The position numbers were made by a program, and so were the translations under genes. From a virus (Duplodnaviria; Caudoviricetes), in the IMG/VR virus record IMGVR_UViG_3300035154_000018, positions 1 to 61,806 of that record: 61,806 bases of DNA; one strand, 5' to 3'. Position 1 is the first letter of the stretch. Each line of letters begins with the position of its first letter. Below, piece after piece: positions 53,936 to 61,806 of this stretch. The notes below the pieces were generated by a model. The model was not told the origin of the DNA. It saw only the letters and a list, made by a program, of their open reading frames with translations, and searched no databases.

Positions 53936-56932
53936 TTACAGAGGTGCGAGGAAGGAAGCGAGACGGTCAGCAATGGCCGCGTGACCTTTGTCACTGGGGT
54001 GAAGAGTGTCGTAGTAATACGCATCGCTGGTATCGACCGTGGGCGCCGGAATGCGAGTACCCACGTCAAACAGACACGTCTTGCTATCTGCCGCGACCAC
54101 GTCAACCCATACCTGGTGGAGTTGTGCGAAGGTAGACGCGTAACTTCCCGAATTCGCCTCGGTAGGCGCATAGATCACGATCGACGGATCGGTCGTCGTT
54201 TGAGCACGGATAGTCGTGATGATCGATTGGAGATTGGTTTTAACCGTGACCATCGAGACGTTGGCTGCCCAATCGTTCAGACCTAATTCGATAATGACTA
54301 GGTTCGGCTGTATAACTCCGAGCCATAGCGCCCACTTGTCGCCGTTCGTGGCATTCGTAGTGAAATCACTAGTCAACAAACCCGACTGCGATCCGTTGAA
54401 CATCTGAATGCCGGCGTTCTCGTCTCCGTTAAATATACGGAAACCGTTGAACAAGATGGAACTCGCACCGCCACCGGCGATACGCGTAACCAAAATTGTA
54501 TGCGTCCCATATGCCAGAGCAGCTGAGGTCCACACACCAGTTCCTGACGTACCAGCCGTAACTACGCTGGCTTGAACGACTACGCCGTCGATCGTTACTG
54601 AGAAAGTTCCACCAGTCGTCTGCTTGATGTACCAGACATGAACCGATGTACCAGTGAACGTGTAGTTCATCTGATCACCGGTCGCCAGCAGAGTATTCGA
54701 CTTGAGAGAGAAACCTTGTGTTGCTGAGAACGACCCGCTATTCTGCCCTACTGGGTAGGTATAACTCGGAGCTCCCCCGCCATAACCTGGATTATCCCAA
54801 GAAGCCACAAAGCCCTGCCCACCCGCTACGCCATTTGCTGGGAACCGATTCCGTAACTGTCCGAGAGCCATAGGAACCCAGCCACGACCAAAAGCAGTAG
54901 CACCGATGCCCTCCGATAGAGAGTCACCAAGAACAGCGATTTTGGCCGGCGCATAGTGTCGGTTAGCCAATGCCGCGTGCCACTTACGAAGAGGCACGTT
55001 TCGATCGACCACATAATCGGGCTTGGCTGTGATAGCTGACCACGCAGGAGCACCCCCGCCCCCTGCGGCAACAGCAGTCGTGACATATGCAGTTGTTGCG
55101 ATCTTGGTGGTGTTATCACCAGCAGTTGGTGTTGGTGCCGCCGGCGTACCGGTCAACGTCGGGCTGGCAAGATTCGCCTTGAGATCCAGAGCCGTCTGCT
55201 GAGCAGTCGATACTGGCTTGGCCGTGTCTGCTGTGTTGTCAACACTACCGAGACCCACGTGCGTCTTGGTGATGCCCGTAGGCGTTCCCGTGAAAGCGGG
55301 TGACGCAAGAGGTGCCTTGAGATCTAGTGCAGTCTGTTGTGCTGTCGAGACCGGCTTCGCTGTGTCGGCTGTGTTAGTGACGTTACCCAGACCCACCATG
55401 GCCGCGGTAACACCCGAAACAGTACCCGAGAACGTCGGTGAAGCAAGAGGAGCCTTTGCGTCGAGAGCGGTCTGCTGCGCGGTTGAAACCGGCTTAGCAG
55501 TATCGGCGGTGTTGTTGACACTCCCCAACCCAACCATTGCCGCAGTTACGCCAGTGACAGTCCCCGTGAATCCAGGAGATGCCAATGGGGCTTTCGCATC
55601 AAGTGCGGACTGCTGTGCGGTTGAGACGGGTTTGGCTGTGTCGGCAGTGTTGTTGACACTACCAAGTCCCACCATCGCGGCGGTGACGCCGGATACGGTG
55701 CCACTGAACGCTGGCGAAGCTAGTGGTGCTTTGAGATTCAGTGCTGTCTGCTGCGCGGTGCTTACCGGCTTGCCGATGTCGCTCGTGTTGTCCGCGTTGC
55801 CGAGACCAATATCGGTCTTGCCGAGGACGACCGTTCCGACCTGACCGTTGACTGTCTGTACGGGCGAAGTACCCAATGGCATCGACGTCCACGAAGATAG
55901 GGAGGTAGGGTCGGAGCCAGTAATAACCCAGGTTTGTCCCAAGTCCGTGCGAATACACCAGTCACCCCCTTGTCCGGTAAGAGCCAACATTGCACCCTGA
56001 GTCGAAACAGACCCGAGGAAGTCAATCTTGGATATGGACGGGATCTGGGACGTGGGAATAATGCCGGAGACGAGATCGGCCTTGTTAGAAAGGTCGGTCG
56101 TCAGACCAGATACATCCGCTTGAGTGTGCGTATGGCTCGTGTTCGCTTTACCCGCCAAACCAGAAGTCAGCGCTGACGAATCCGCCTTGCCGGCAAGTCC
56201 GGTGGAGAGATCCGTTGTGCTGGCCTTGGCTGCCAGAGCCGTATCCAGGCCTGTAACTTGAGCCGTGGAATGGGTGTGAACAGTATCCGCCTTGCCGGAG
56301 AGACCCGTGGCGAGATCCGCTGACGAAGCTTTTGCCGCAAGTGACGTGTCCAATCCCGTGACGTCTGACGTGGGGTGGATGTGAGCAGACGGAGCGAACG
56401 TGGCCGGCTTGTCAGTGATGTCAGACCAGTCGATTGATCCGCCCGAGCCCGTGGGAAGTTGATCCGCCGGGACTTGTCCGTTAGAATCCAGCGAAGCTAT
56501 GCCGTTCGGCTGACCTTTAGTAGCCAGAAGAACGTACGCATTCCCCGGAACAATGGGCGGCACGTTCAGAACGTCAACCAAGTCGATGGGTTCTGTCGAA
56601 TCGTACGGAACGTCCAATCGAGACTTGATCGTAGCGGTTTCCGCGCGAGAACTGTCGAAACGATCTCGATGTGCCGTCGCATCGGTAGTGACGGTCACCC
56701 GATAGAACGAAGGCGTCCAATCCGGATCGTTGGTTGCCGGCAGAACCGTCGAAAATGCTCCGTTCTCGAGCCGGAAGACTCGATCGAAGGGAGCCACGAA
56801 GAGGTCATCGGCTGGACCTTGCATGTAACCGTCAAGAACGATTCGCACAAATCCAGTGGCTGCTACACCGTCAGGATGAGTAACGAAGCGGCCCTTGACC
56901 ACGCGAGTTGTCAGGGAAGCGGGGAAACTCAT
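53936..56932 (-). CDS. Tail fibre/spike with repeats and C-terminal SGNH hydrolase
   Basis: HxH fibre repeats, five 46-aa repeats, GDSLSEG, GLND, DTLHP motifs. Confidence 0.82.
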   Translation of the reverse strand: MSFPASLTTRVVKGRFVTHPDGVAATGFVRIVLDGYMQGPADDLFVAPFDRVFRLENGAFSTVLPATNDPDWTPSFYRVTVTTDATAHRDRFDSSRAETATIKSRLDVPYDSTEPIDLVDVLNVPPIVPGNAYVLLATKGQPNGIASLDSNGQVPADQLPTGSGGSIDWSDITDKPATFAPSAHIHPTSDVTGLDTSLAAKASSADLATGLSGKADTVHTHSTAQVTGLDTALAAKASTTDLSTGLAGKADSSALTSGLAGKANTSHTHTQADVSGLTTDLSNKADLVSGIIPTSQIPSISKIDFLGSVSTQGAMLALTGQGGDWCIRTDLGQTWVITGSDPTSLSSWTSMPLGTSPVQTVNGQVGTVVLGKTDIGLGNADNTSDIGKPVSTAQQTALNLKAPLASPAFSGTVSGVTAAMVGLGSVNNTADTAKPVSTAQQSALDAKAPLASPGFTGTVTGVTAAMVGLGSVNNTADTAKPVSTAQQTALDAKAPLASPTFSGTVSGVTAAMVGLGNVTNTADTAKPVSTAQQTALDLKAPLASPAFTGTPTGITKTHVGLGSVDNTADTAKPVSTAQQTALDLKANLASPTLTGTPAAPTPTAGDNTTKIATTAYVTTAVAAGGGGAPAWSAITAKPDYVVDRNVPLRKWHAALANRHYAPAKIAVLGDSLSEGIGATAFGRGWVPMALGQLRNRFPANGVAGGQGFVASWDNPGYGGGAPSYTYPVGQNSGSFSATQGFSLKSNTLLATGDQMNYTFTGTSVHVWYIKQTTGGTFSVTIDGVVVQASVVTAGTSGTGVWTSAALAYGTHTILVTRIAGGGASSILFNGFRIFNGDENAGIQMFNGSQSGLLTSDFTTNATNGDKWALWLGVIQPNLVIIELGLNDWAANVSMVTVKTNLQSIITTIRAQTTTDPSIVIYAPTEANSGSYASTFAQLHQVWVDVVAADSKTCLFDVGTRIPAPTVDTSDAYYYDTLHPSDKGHAAIADRLASFLAPL
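55150..55810 (-). repeat. Five 46-aa repeats within the fibre gene
   Basis: LG..(N/D/T)NT.D..KPVSTAQQ.AL..KA.LASP..(S/T)GT x5. Confidence 0.85.
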
Positions 56933-56988
56933 GGGCGCTCCTCCTCGAGCCGCTCGTTACTGTCTGCCATTTTGACGATGCTCCGTCC

Positions 56989-57282
56989 TTACTCGGTTTG
57001 CTCCTCGACATAGCCGGTTTCTGGCGCGTTGAGGACGGTGTCCGGTCGTACTGGTTCCACGGCAGGCGATAGCGCGGCAATGCCGTAGTTCGCCCACATG
57101 GATGATTCCTGAAGCTTGGTGAAAGCCGATGATTTACTGCGGCCATCAGGAAGAATCAGGTCCAGATACTCCGCGAAAGCAATGTATGCCTCTCGCACTT
57201 GCTCGTGACGCCTGACGTTGACAGCGTCTGCCGGTGGGTGATAACCCCATCGATTGAGAATCTCGTCTTTTCCGATAGGCAT
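56989..57282 (-). CDS. Acb2/Tad1-like small protein
   Basis: PDGRSKSSAFTKLQESSMWANYGIA resembles the family signature; ATG at 57282 after GAGGAG. Confidence 0.6.
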   Translation of the reverse strand: MPIGKDEILNRWGYHPPADAVNVRRHEQVREAYIAFAEYLDLILPDGRSKSSAFTKLQESSMWANYGIAALSPAVEPVRPDTVLNAPETGYVEEQTE

Positions 57283-57283
57283 G

Positions 57284-57595
57284 TCAGTAGATCTCCTCGT
57301 CACGAAATGTCTGCGTGTCGAACTTGTGATAAACGTCGACCGACGTCTCTTTGGCGATCGCGTTATGAATCACGCGATAGTAGATACTGTCGGGAAGTGT
57401 CGTAGTCAGCAGTACCGTCCATCCGCCCCCTCGCGGATCGGTGCTGAACCAGTACGCTGTGACGTTATCTTTGGCGAAGGCGAAATCGGAACCGGTGTCG
57501 TCGAGTCGTTTCTTAACTCGCTCGAAAACCAGCTGACGAGCCTTGGGTAGGAAACTCAATTCCCCACCATGAGTAGCGAAGACAGCATCCGGCAT
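57284..57595 (-). CDS. DUF6275-like protein, paralog 2
   Basis: ARQLV...W..LLTTTLPDSIYYRV; TAATG coupling. Confidence 0.7.
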   Translation of the reverse strand: MPDAVFATHGGELSFLPKARQLVFERVKKRLDDTGSDFAFAKDNVTAYWFSTDPRGGGWTVLLTTTLPDSIYYRVIHNAIAKETSVDVYHKFDTQTFRDEEIY

Positions 57596-57873
57596 TACGA
57601 GACTCGCTCGTCGGGAAGCACAGTGTGCTCCCATTGCTTGTACGAGGTGATGTAGGTCTCCCCCGCCGCTTGCTTGTATGTGACTTCGTAGTACATCCCG
57701 TCCGGGAGAGTCGTACTCACGAACGCTTTCCAGGATCCCACTACGTAGTGGTAGGAAACGACGTAGACCTCTTCGATCGTGAACTTGCTCTGATCGTCGG
57801 TCGGCTCGAGACGGCTCTTGACGTGTTTGTAAACCAAACGCCGTGCCTCGTGCGGGAAGTTCTCTGCGCTCAC
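57595..57873 (-). CDS. DUF6275-like protein, paralog 1
   Basis: ARRLV...WKAFVSTTLPDGMYYEVTY. Confidence 0.72.
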   Translation of the reverse strand: MSAENFPHEARRLVYKHVKSRLEPTDDQSKFTIEEVYVVSYHYVVGSWKAFVSTTLPDGMYYEVTYKQAAGETYITSYKQWEHTVLPDERVS

Positions 57874-57947
57874 GATTCGGTGCCGGTATCGACAGAAGCG
57901 ACACAGACAGCTCCCCGCTGCTTTTCGTGGCCGAGTCTCATCGGCTA

Positions 57948-58268
57948 CTACCCCCTACTGTTAGGCCGCTCCCGGAATAGGATGCCGGCGTTGTAAAGTT
58001 CCTGAATCACTTCGAGTACCGGGCCGTCGTTGACGTCGACCTGCAACGCTTTGGCGATTGCACGTCGAACCGTGTATATGGTCTGTTCGTCGTGGTGTAG
58101 CTCTTCGTGCTCGTAAGGAGATTCGTCCTCGCCAACCACACTGGCTGTCACGCTGATGTATTTGTGCGTTATGCCGAGATTACGGGCGAGCTCAGAGATG
58201 TCCTGGAAGGTGCTGAAATAATCTTCCTCACCAACCGTTCCCACTCCGAATGAAATCATGCGATCCAT
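57948..58268 (-). CDS. Hypothetical protein
   Basis: 106 aa; NAGILFRER C-terminus. Confidence 0.7.
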   Translation of the reverse strand: MDRMISFGVGTVGEEDYFSTFQDISELARNLGITHKYISVTASVVGEDESPYEHEELHHDEQTIYTVRRAIAKALQVDVNDGPVLEVIQELYNAGILFRERPNSRG

Positions 58269-58699
58269 TATGCGACGATCCTTGTCTGTTGAATGTCGTT
58301 TTTGTCGGGAAAGACGACCAAGGAAATGCCGGCGCCTTCAATCAGACGAGAACAGCCATCGCAAGGTTCGTCGGTGATGTACAGGATCGATCCTCGTGCA
58401 TCGAGGCCGGCCCGAAGAATTGCATTTTGTTCTGCATGAAGGGCGATGCAAGATCCGGCGCCAGTGTCGTAACTCGACCCCATGGCGACTTCAGATTTGT
58501 TCATGCGACCTCGTGGACATGCATTTTGAGTGAGACAGCCCGGCTTTCCTGCAGGCGCTCCGTTGTAGCCCGTCGAGACGATACGATCGCCCTTGACGAT
58601 GATGGCTCCGATGGTGCGACGCGTACAGTCTGCTCGAGTAGCAACAGCCTGAGCAATGTAGAGATAGTAGGTGTCCCAGTCGGGACGTGGGTCCTTCAT
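58268..58699 (-). CDS. dCMP deaminase
   Basis: STGYNG, HAEQNA, PCDGC zinc motifs. Confidence 0.92.
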   Translation of the reverse strand: MKDPRPDWDTYYLYIAQAVATRADCTRRTIGAIIVKGDRIVSTGYNGAPAGKPGCLTQNACPRGRMNKSEVAMGSSYDTGAGSCIALHAEQNAILRAGLDARGSILYITDEPCDGCSRLIEGAGISLVVFPDKNDIQQTRIVA

Positions 58700-58725
58700 G
58701 GGACACCCACCCTTCTTGTGAAAAG

Positions 58726-59568
58726 CTAGCAGGTGCCGGTACCCGGTCCACCGAGGGTGACCGAGCGAGACGTCCCGCTAACGTAGTTGGTGTAATTCGC
58801 CGGGACGGCGACGGACATCGGTGAAAGCACAGCCGTCGTTGCGCTGTACGTGACACTGGCGATTTTGGCCGCCGTGGTCGGCGTACCGTATGCGGTCGGC
58901 AGAACGCCCGAACCCATGTCAGTACAGGTAGTCGTCGTGGGGGACGTCAAGTTAGCCGCCACCTCGCCGAAGCCCTGGAACACGTTGAAGACCGTGAAGG
59001 TCGTAACTGACGGCGTTGCGCCCGTCCACAGCGTGTCGGGGAAATCGCCGATGTAGTTGCCGTCGAACGAAACCCACCACGCGGAGTTGTAGTGGACCAT
59101 GCCGAAGATCGGCGGAGTCGCTGCACCCACGTAGGATGCGAGACTGGCGCCGGCATTGGTGGCCACTGCAGTGTTGTCGACCCAGCCGGACCCAGCTGCG
59201 TTGTTGTACCCCAGGAAATTGTTGTTGACCCACGCACCCACGAACAGGTGCGGGTTGGTGAGGTCCGTACCGTTGATACCGGTACGGTCGACGATCCAGC
59301 CGACCTCGACGATCTGCTTGCCGTCGGTGGAGGCGATCGACAGCTCGACGAGCGAGTGGTAGTCGGTCGACTTCACCACGGGCTGGTTGACGGTGATCTG
59401 AGCAGCGACGCTGGTCTCCGTCTGACCACCCTGAGCGGCTCCCTGGTAGAGGTACACCAGGGATTCCTTCTGAAGCTGCGGCGCCGTGTTACCGTGGAAT
59501 GATCCGGCCAGGAAGACGGCCAAGATCAGAGCCGCGGCGCTGATGGAGCGCCCGAACAGTTTACGCAT
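58726..59568 (-). CDS. Secreted neprosin-like (glutamic) peptidase domain protein
   Basis: Signal peptide; IVEVGW, WW....IG.FP..LW, FGEV, DMGSG motifs. Confidence 0.72.
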   Translation of the reverse strand: MRKLFGRSISAAALILAVFLAGSFHGNTAPQLQKESLVYLYQGAAQGGQTETSVAAQITVNQPVVKSTDYHSLVELSIASTDGKQIVEVGWIVDRTGINGTDLTNPHLFVGAWVNNNFLGYNNAAGSGWVDNTAVATNAGASLASYVGAATPPIFGMVHYNSAWWVSFDGNYIGDFPDTLWTGATPSVTTFTVFNVFQGFGEVAANLTSPTTTTCTDMGSGVLPTAYGTPTTAAKIASVTYSATTAVLSPMSVAVPANYTNYVSGTSRSVTLGGPGTGTC

Positions 59569-59592
59569 CGTTCATCCTTAATGCGTTTTGGC

Positions 59593-60000
59593 CTACCAGA
59601 GTTTGGTATCGCCGGGTTTGCGAGCGATCACTGGTTTAGGGAGCAAGCTCTCATCGCCATAGTGAATCGCATTATGAGTATTGTGACAGACACTGATCAA
59701 ATACTCCGGGTCGAGGATGTCGACGTTAGAGTGCTTAATGTCTTCAGGACTCATAGGGTTCATGTGATGGACGTAAACCCGGTCGAAAATCTCGTGACCT
59801 TCGACGCCGAGGTCGCAGCCATAGTCTCGTGCGATGACGAGTTGGCGGGCGCGCTTCCATAATGCCGACCGGTAGAAATCTTGATTCAGATACCGATCGA
59901 ATCCGAAAGTCGCAGCACCCACAGCACCCCCCAACTTGAGGTACGCAAAGCGCTGCTCGAAAGTTGGGAAGGTGCTCATCTCGGAATGCGTCTTGATCAT
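59593..60000 (-). CDS. HNH endonuclease (packaging-associated)
   Basis: RDYGC...VHHMNP...THNAIH. Confidence 0.8.
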   Translation of the reverse strand: MIKTHSEMSTFPTFEQRFAYLKLGGAVGAATFGFDRYLNQDFYRSALWKRARQLVIARDYGCDLGVEGHEIFDRVYVHHMNPMSPEDIKHSNVDILDPEYLISVCHNTHNAIHYGDESLLPKPVIARKPGDTKLW

Positions 60001-60350
60001 TCGAAGTCTCCGTCGTCGGGAACAGGTGACGGCTCGCCTTGATAAGACCGCATCGCAAGGATTGCTTTGGCGAAGAGTTCTTCTTGACGCTGTTGGCCGG
60101 CAATCTGCTCGGTTTTCGCTTCGAGAAGTTTCGCTTCGAGTTTCATCTTTTCTTGATCAAGTCTCTCGTGTGACGATCCAAGCCTCAAATAATGCGTGAT
60201 GACCTGTGCAGAAGCCGATCCGTCTCGAAGTTGTCGTTCAGCAAGCCGGTCGGCGAGGTCGATCATTTCGGTTTCTCGTTCGTCGGGAGTTGTTGCTGGC
60301 CGACGGAGACTTGGCTCTTCTTCCGAGGGACTTGTGGAACGTCGAGGCAC
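59997..60350 (-). CDS. Probable terminase small subunit
   Basis: 117 aa helical protein coupled to the HNH gene near the genome end; function by synteny only. Confidence 0.5.
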   Translation of the reverse strand: MPRRSTSPSEEEPSLRRPATTPDERETEMIDLADRLAERQLRDGSASAQVITHYLRLGSSHERLDQEKMKLEAKLLEAKTEQIAGQQRQEELFAKAILAMRSYQGEPSPVPDDGDFE

Positions 60351-60425
60351 AGTTTCGACTCCCTTCTAGTAGAGTTTTAGTTGGGGTGATGGGGCGCGGG
60401 GAAGAGGGGATATCAAGATCAAAAG

Positions 60426-60470
60426 GCAAAACGTGACAACCCGTGTTTTCTCCGCTAGGGTATCTAACCT
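60426..60470 (-). promoter_or_regulatory. 45-bp direct repeat, copy 1 (GGTTAGATACCC box + promoter-like core)
   Basis: 41/45 identical to 60781-60825. Confidence 0.7.
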
Positions 60471-60472
60471 GG

Positions 60473-60518
60473 AGCCGCCCCATAGAAATGCAGGGAAGGG
60501 GACTTCTATGGGGCGGCT
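60473..60518 (-). terminator. Strong hairpin after head-fibre gene
   Basis: AGCCGCCCCATAGAA/TTCTATGGGGCGGCT 15-bp stem; no clear T-run. Confidence 0.55.
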
Positions 60519-60521
60519 TGT

Positions 60522-60743
60522 TCAGGAGATGACGCCGGCCGCGCGAAGCTTGGCCAGCAGGGCGTTGAAGTCGGTCTTCATGCCGGTCACGTCGGTGGCG
60601 GTGCTATCCGCCTGCGCAGCCTGCTTCTTGACCGTGCCGGCGGAGGTACCGTCGGGGTTTACGAGGATGATCGGTGCGGCGTGCATGTTCCCGGGGACGT
60701 TCCCCGAAGTGACGACCCCGATGCGGGGCGTGGTATTGGCCAC
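60522..60743 (-). CDS. Head fibre-like protein
   Basis: KQAAQADSTAT...DFNALLAKLRAAGVI; AAGGAG RBS. Confidence 0.7.
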   Translation of the reverse strand: MANTTPRIGVVTSGNVPGNMHAAPIILVNPDGTSAGTVKKQAAQADSTATDVTGMKTDFNALLAKLRAAGVIS

Positions 60744-60780
60744 GACTACTCCTTGTTAGATGGTCTTTCTGGTCACCGAG

Positions 60781-60825
60781 GCAAAACAGGACAGCCCGTG
60801 TTTTCGCCGCTAGGGTATCTAACCT
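60781..60825 (-). promoter_or_regulatory. 45-bp direct repeat, copy 2
   Basis: 41/45 identical to 60426-60470. Confidence 0.7.
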
Positions 60826-61448
60826 CAGCGGTTGAACCAGAAGGCGCCCTTCAGAACACCGAGACGCTCCCACAGCTGGCGAGCGAGCATACCCGGAGTC
60901 ACCACCTGAGGAGCCGTGCCGACGACGACCTTTTTGCCGGTGAGAGTCCATGACTGCTCCGCGAGAACAGAACAGATCTCCTCGACAGGAAGAGCGACGT
61001 TGATGACACGGCCACTCGGGAGGGTGATAACGTCGACGGGGAGACGACGGTTGATGCGCTTGGCGAGCCAGTTGAAATTCAGGCCGGCCAGGAATAACGC
61101 GATGTAGACGTAGGACAGGATCGAGTATGGCGTCCCGACCATGACCTCGGCCACCGCGGCAGCATCGAGCGCTTGACCGGGATAGTCCTCAGGGAGACGG
61201 ACGAACGCCGTGTGCGGTCCCCAGTCAGCGGGAGTGAAATCGCGGATGCGGGCACCGTGCGGCATTGCCTCGACGATCTTGCCGCCAGGAATAACCACCG
61301 CCACATGACCGACAGAGAACTCGCCGATCTCGAAGTTGTCGTGCATCAGCCATTCGCCAGTGTTGACGAGAGTGCGTGTAGAACGCGCGGCCTGACTGGC
61401 AAACATCAAGTCGCCCGCTTGTACATCATCGAGCGAGTCGATGCTCAT
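60825..61448 (-). CDS. Permuted papain-like (YiiX/YaeF, NlpC/P60 superfamily) enzyme
   Basis: AGDLMF, GHVAV, IVEA, GTPY, ICS in His-before-Cys order; ATG at 61448 after GAGGA. Confidence 0.72.
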   Translation of the reverse strand: MSIDSLDDVQAGDLMFASQAARSTRTLVNTGEWLMHDNFEIGEFSVGHVAVVIPGGKIVEAMPHGARIRDFTPADWGPHTAFVRLPEDYPGQALDAAAVAEVMVGTPYSILSYVYIALFLAGLNFNWLAKRINRRLPVDVITLPSGRVINVALPVEEICSVLAEQSWTLTGKKVVVGTAPQVVTPGMLARQLWERLGVLKGAFWFNR

Positions 61449-61483
61449 CGGGGGTCCTCTTTCGAGCGGGGAGTTTTCTTGCG

Positions 61484-61620
61484 CGGGGTGAGTTGGATTT
61501 GAACCAACGACCTTCGGCGCTCGCAGTGCTCTGCTACCTGAGCTACCCAGTAATCCGGGACCGGACTTGAACCGGCGACCTTGCGTTGTCCGATGCTCTA
61601 CCAAGCTGAGCTAGCACCCC
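61484..61620 (-). ncRNA. Double-elbow tRNA-like RNA without anticodon
   Basis: Two D arms (GCTC/GAGC), two AGGTC variable loops, two T arms (TTCAAGT, TTCAAAT), terminal GGGGTG/CACCCC stem, internal CCCGG/CTGGG hairpin. Confidence 0.8.
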
Positions 61621-61806
61621 TAGGCGATGGACGCCAGGATTAAAGCGACCTGGGTTATCCGCGAGAGGCTAAGCTCGAGGCGTCCATCATGAAGTTTGTA
61701 CAGCGCAATCCTCTCACGCTTTGTTGTCGACCCTTACACGTACCCGTCTAGCAGCCACCGGGGCCAGAACACTCTGGTCAAATATCCCCCCGGAGCATTT
61801 TTTGGC

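Noticed and set aside
61449-61604. N-terminal extension of the 259-aa ORF
   Set aside because: It runs through the tRNA-like RNA; a good RBS and ATG lie at 61448.
61484-61620. Two ordinary tandem tRNA genes
   Set aside because: Neither unit has a self-pairing acceptor stem or a 17-nt anticodon arm; pairing works only across the units.
1-61806. Prophage or temperate module
   Set aside because: No integrase, repressor, att-like repeats or host genes recognised.

Overview
The window looks like a complete or nearly complete (about 61.8 kb) lytic siphovirus genome of an actinobacterial host, shown reverse-complemented: essentially every real gene is on the minus strand and the + strand ORFs are shadows. 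Gene content and order resemble the Streptomyces BI / Arthrobacter AU-AM-AW / Gordonia DJ / Rhodococcus CC type of actinophage (recognised from memory, not searched). From the window end backwards: a structured non-coding region, accessory genes (permuted papain-like enzyme, neprosin-like peptidase, dCMP deaminase, Acb2/Tad1-like protein), SGNH tail fibre, endolysin, terminase, portal, protease-capsid fusion, tail genes, holin, promoter/terminator-delimited cassettes of small genes, a helicase-primase-PolB fusion, SSB, many small Zn-ribbon/NUMOD1 genes, an SF2 helicase, a palindromic candidate origin, nucleases and a YonO-like single-subunit RNA polymerase. No integrase, repressor or CRISPR array was seen. 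Top findings: (1) a 137-nt anticodon-less RNA made of two tRNA elbows joined head-to-head (61484-61620); (2) a protein-like ORF nested out of frame inside the still-open helicase gene; (3) a hydrophobic-x-His motif repeated through the capsid precursor and shared with the RNA polymerase and a 2H phosphoesterase, suggesting protease-processed virion cargo; (4) a repeated promoter motif, including ORF-less cassettes that would make small RNAs.
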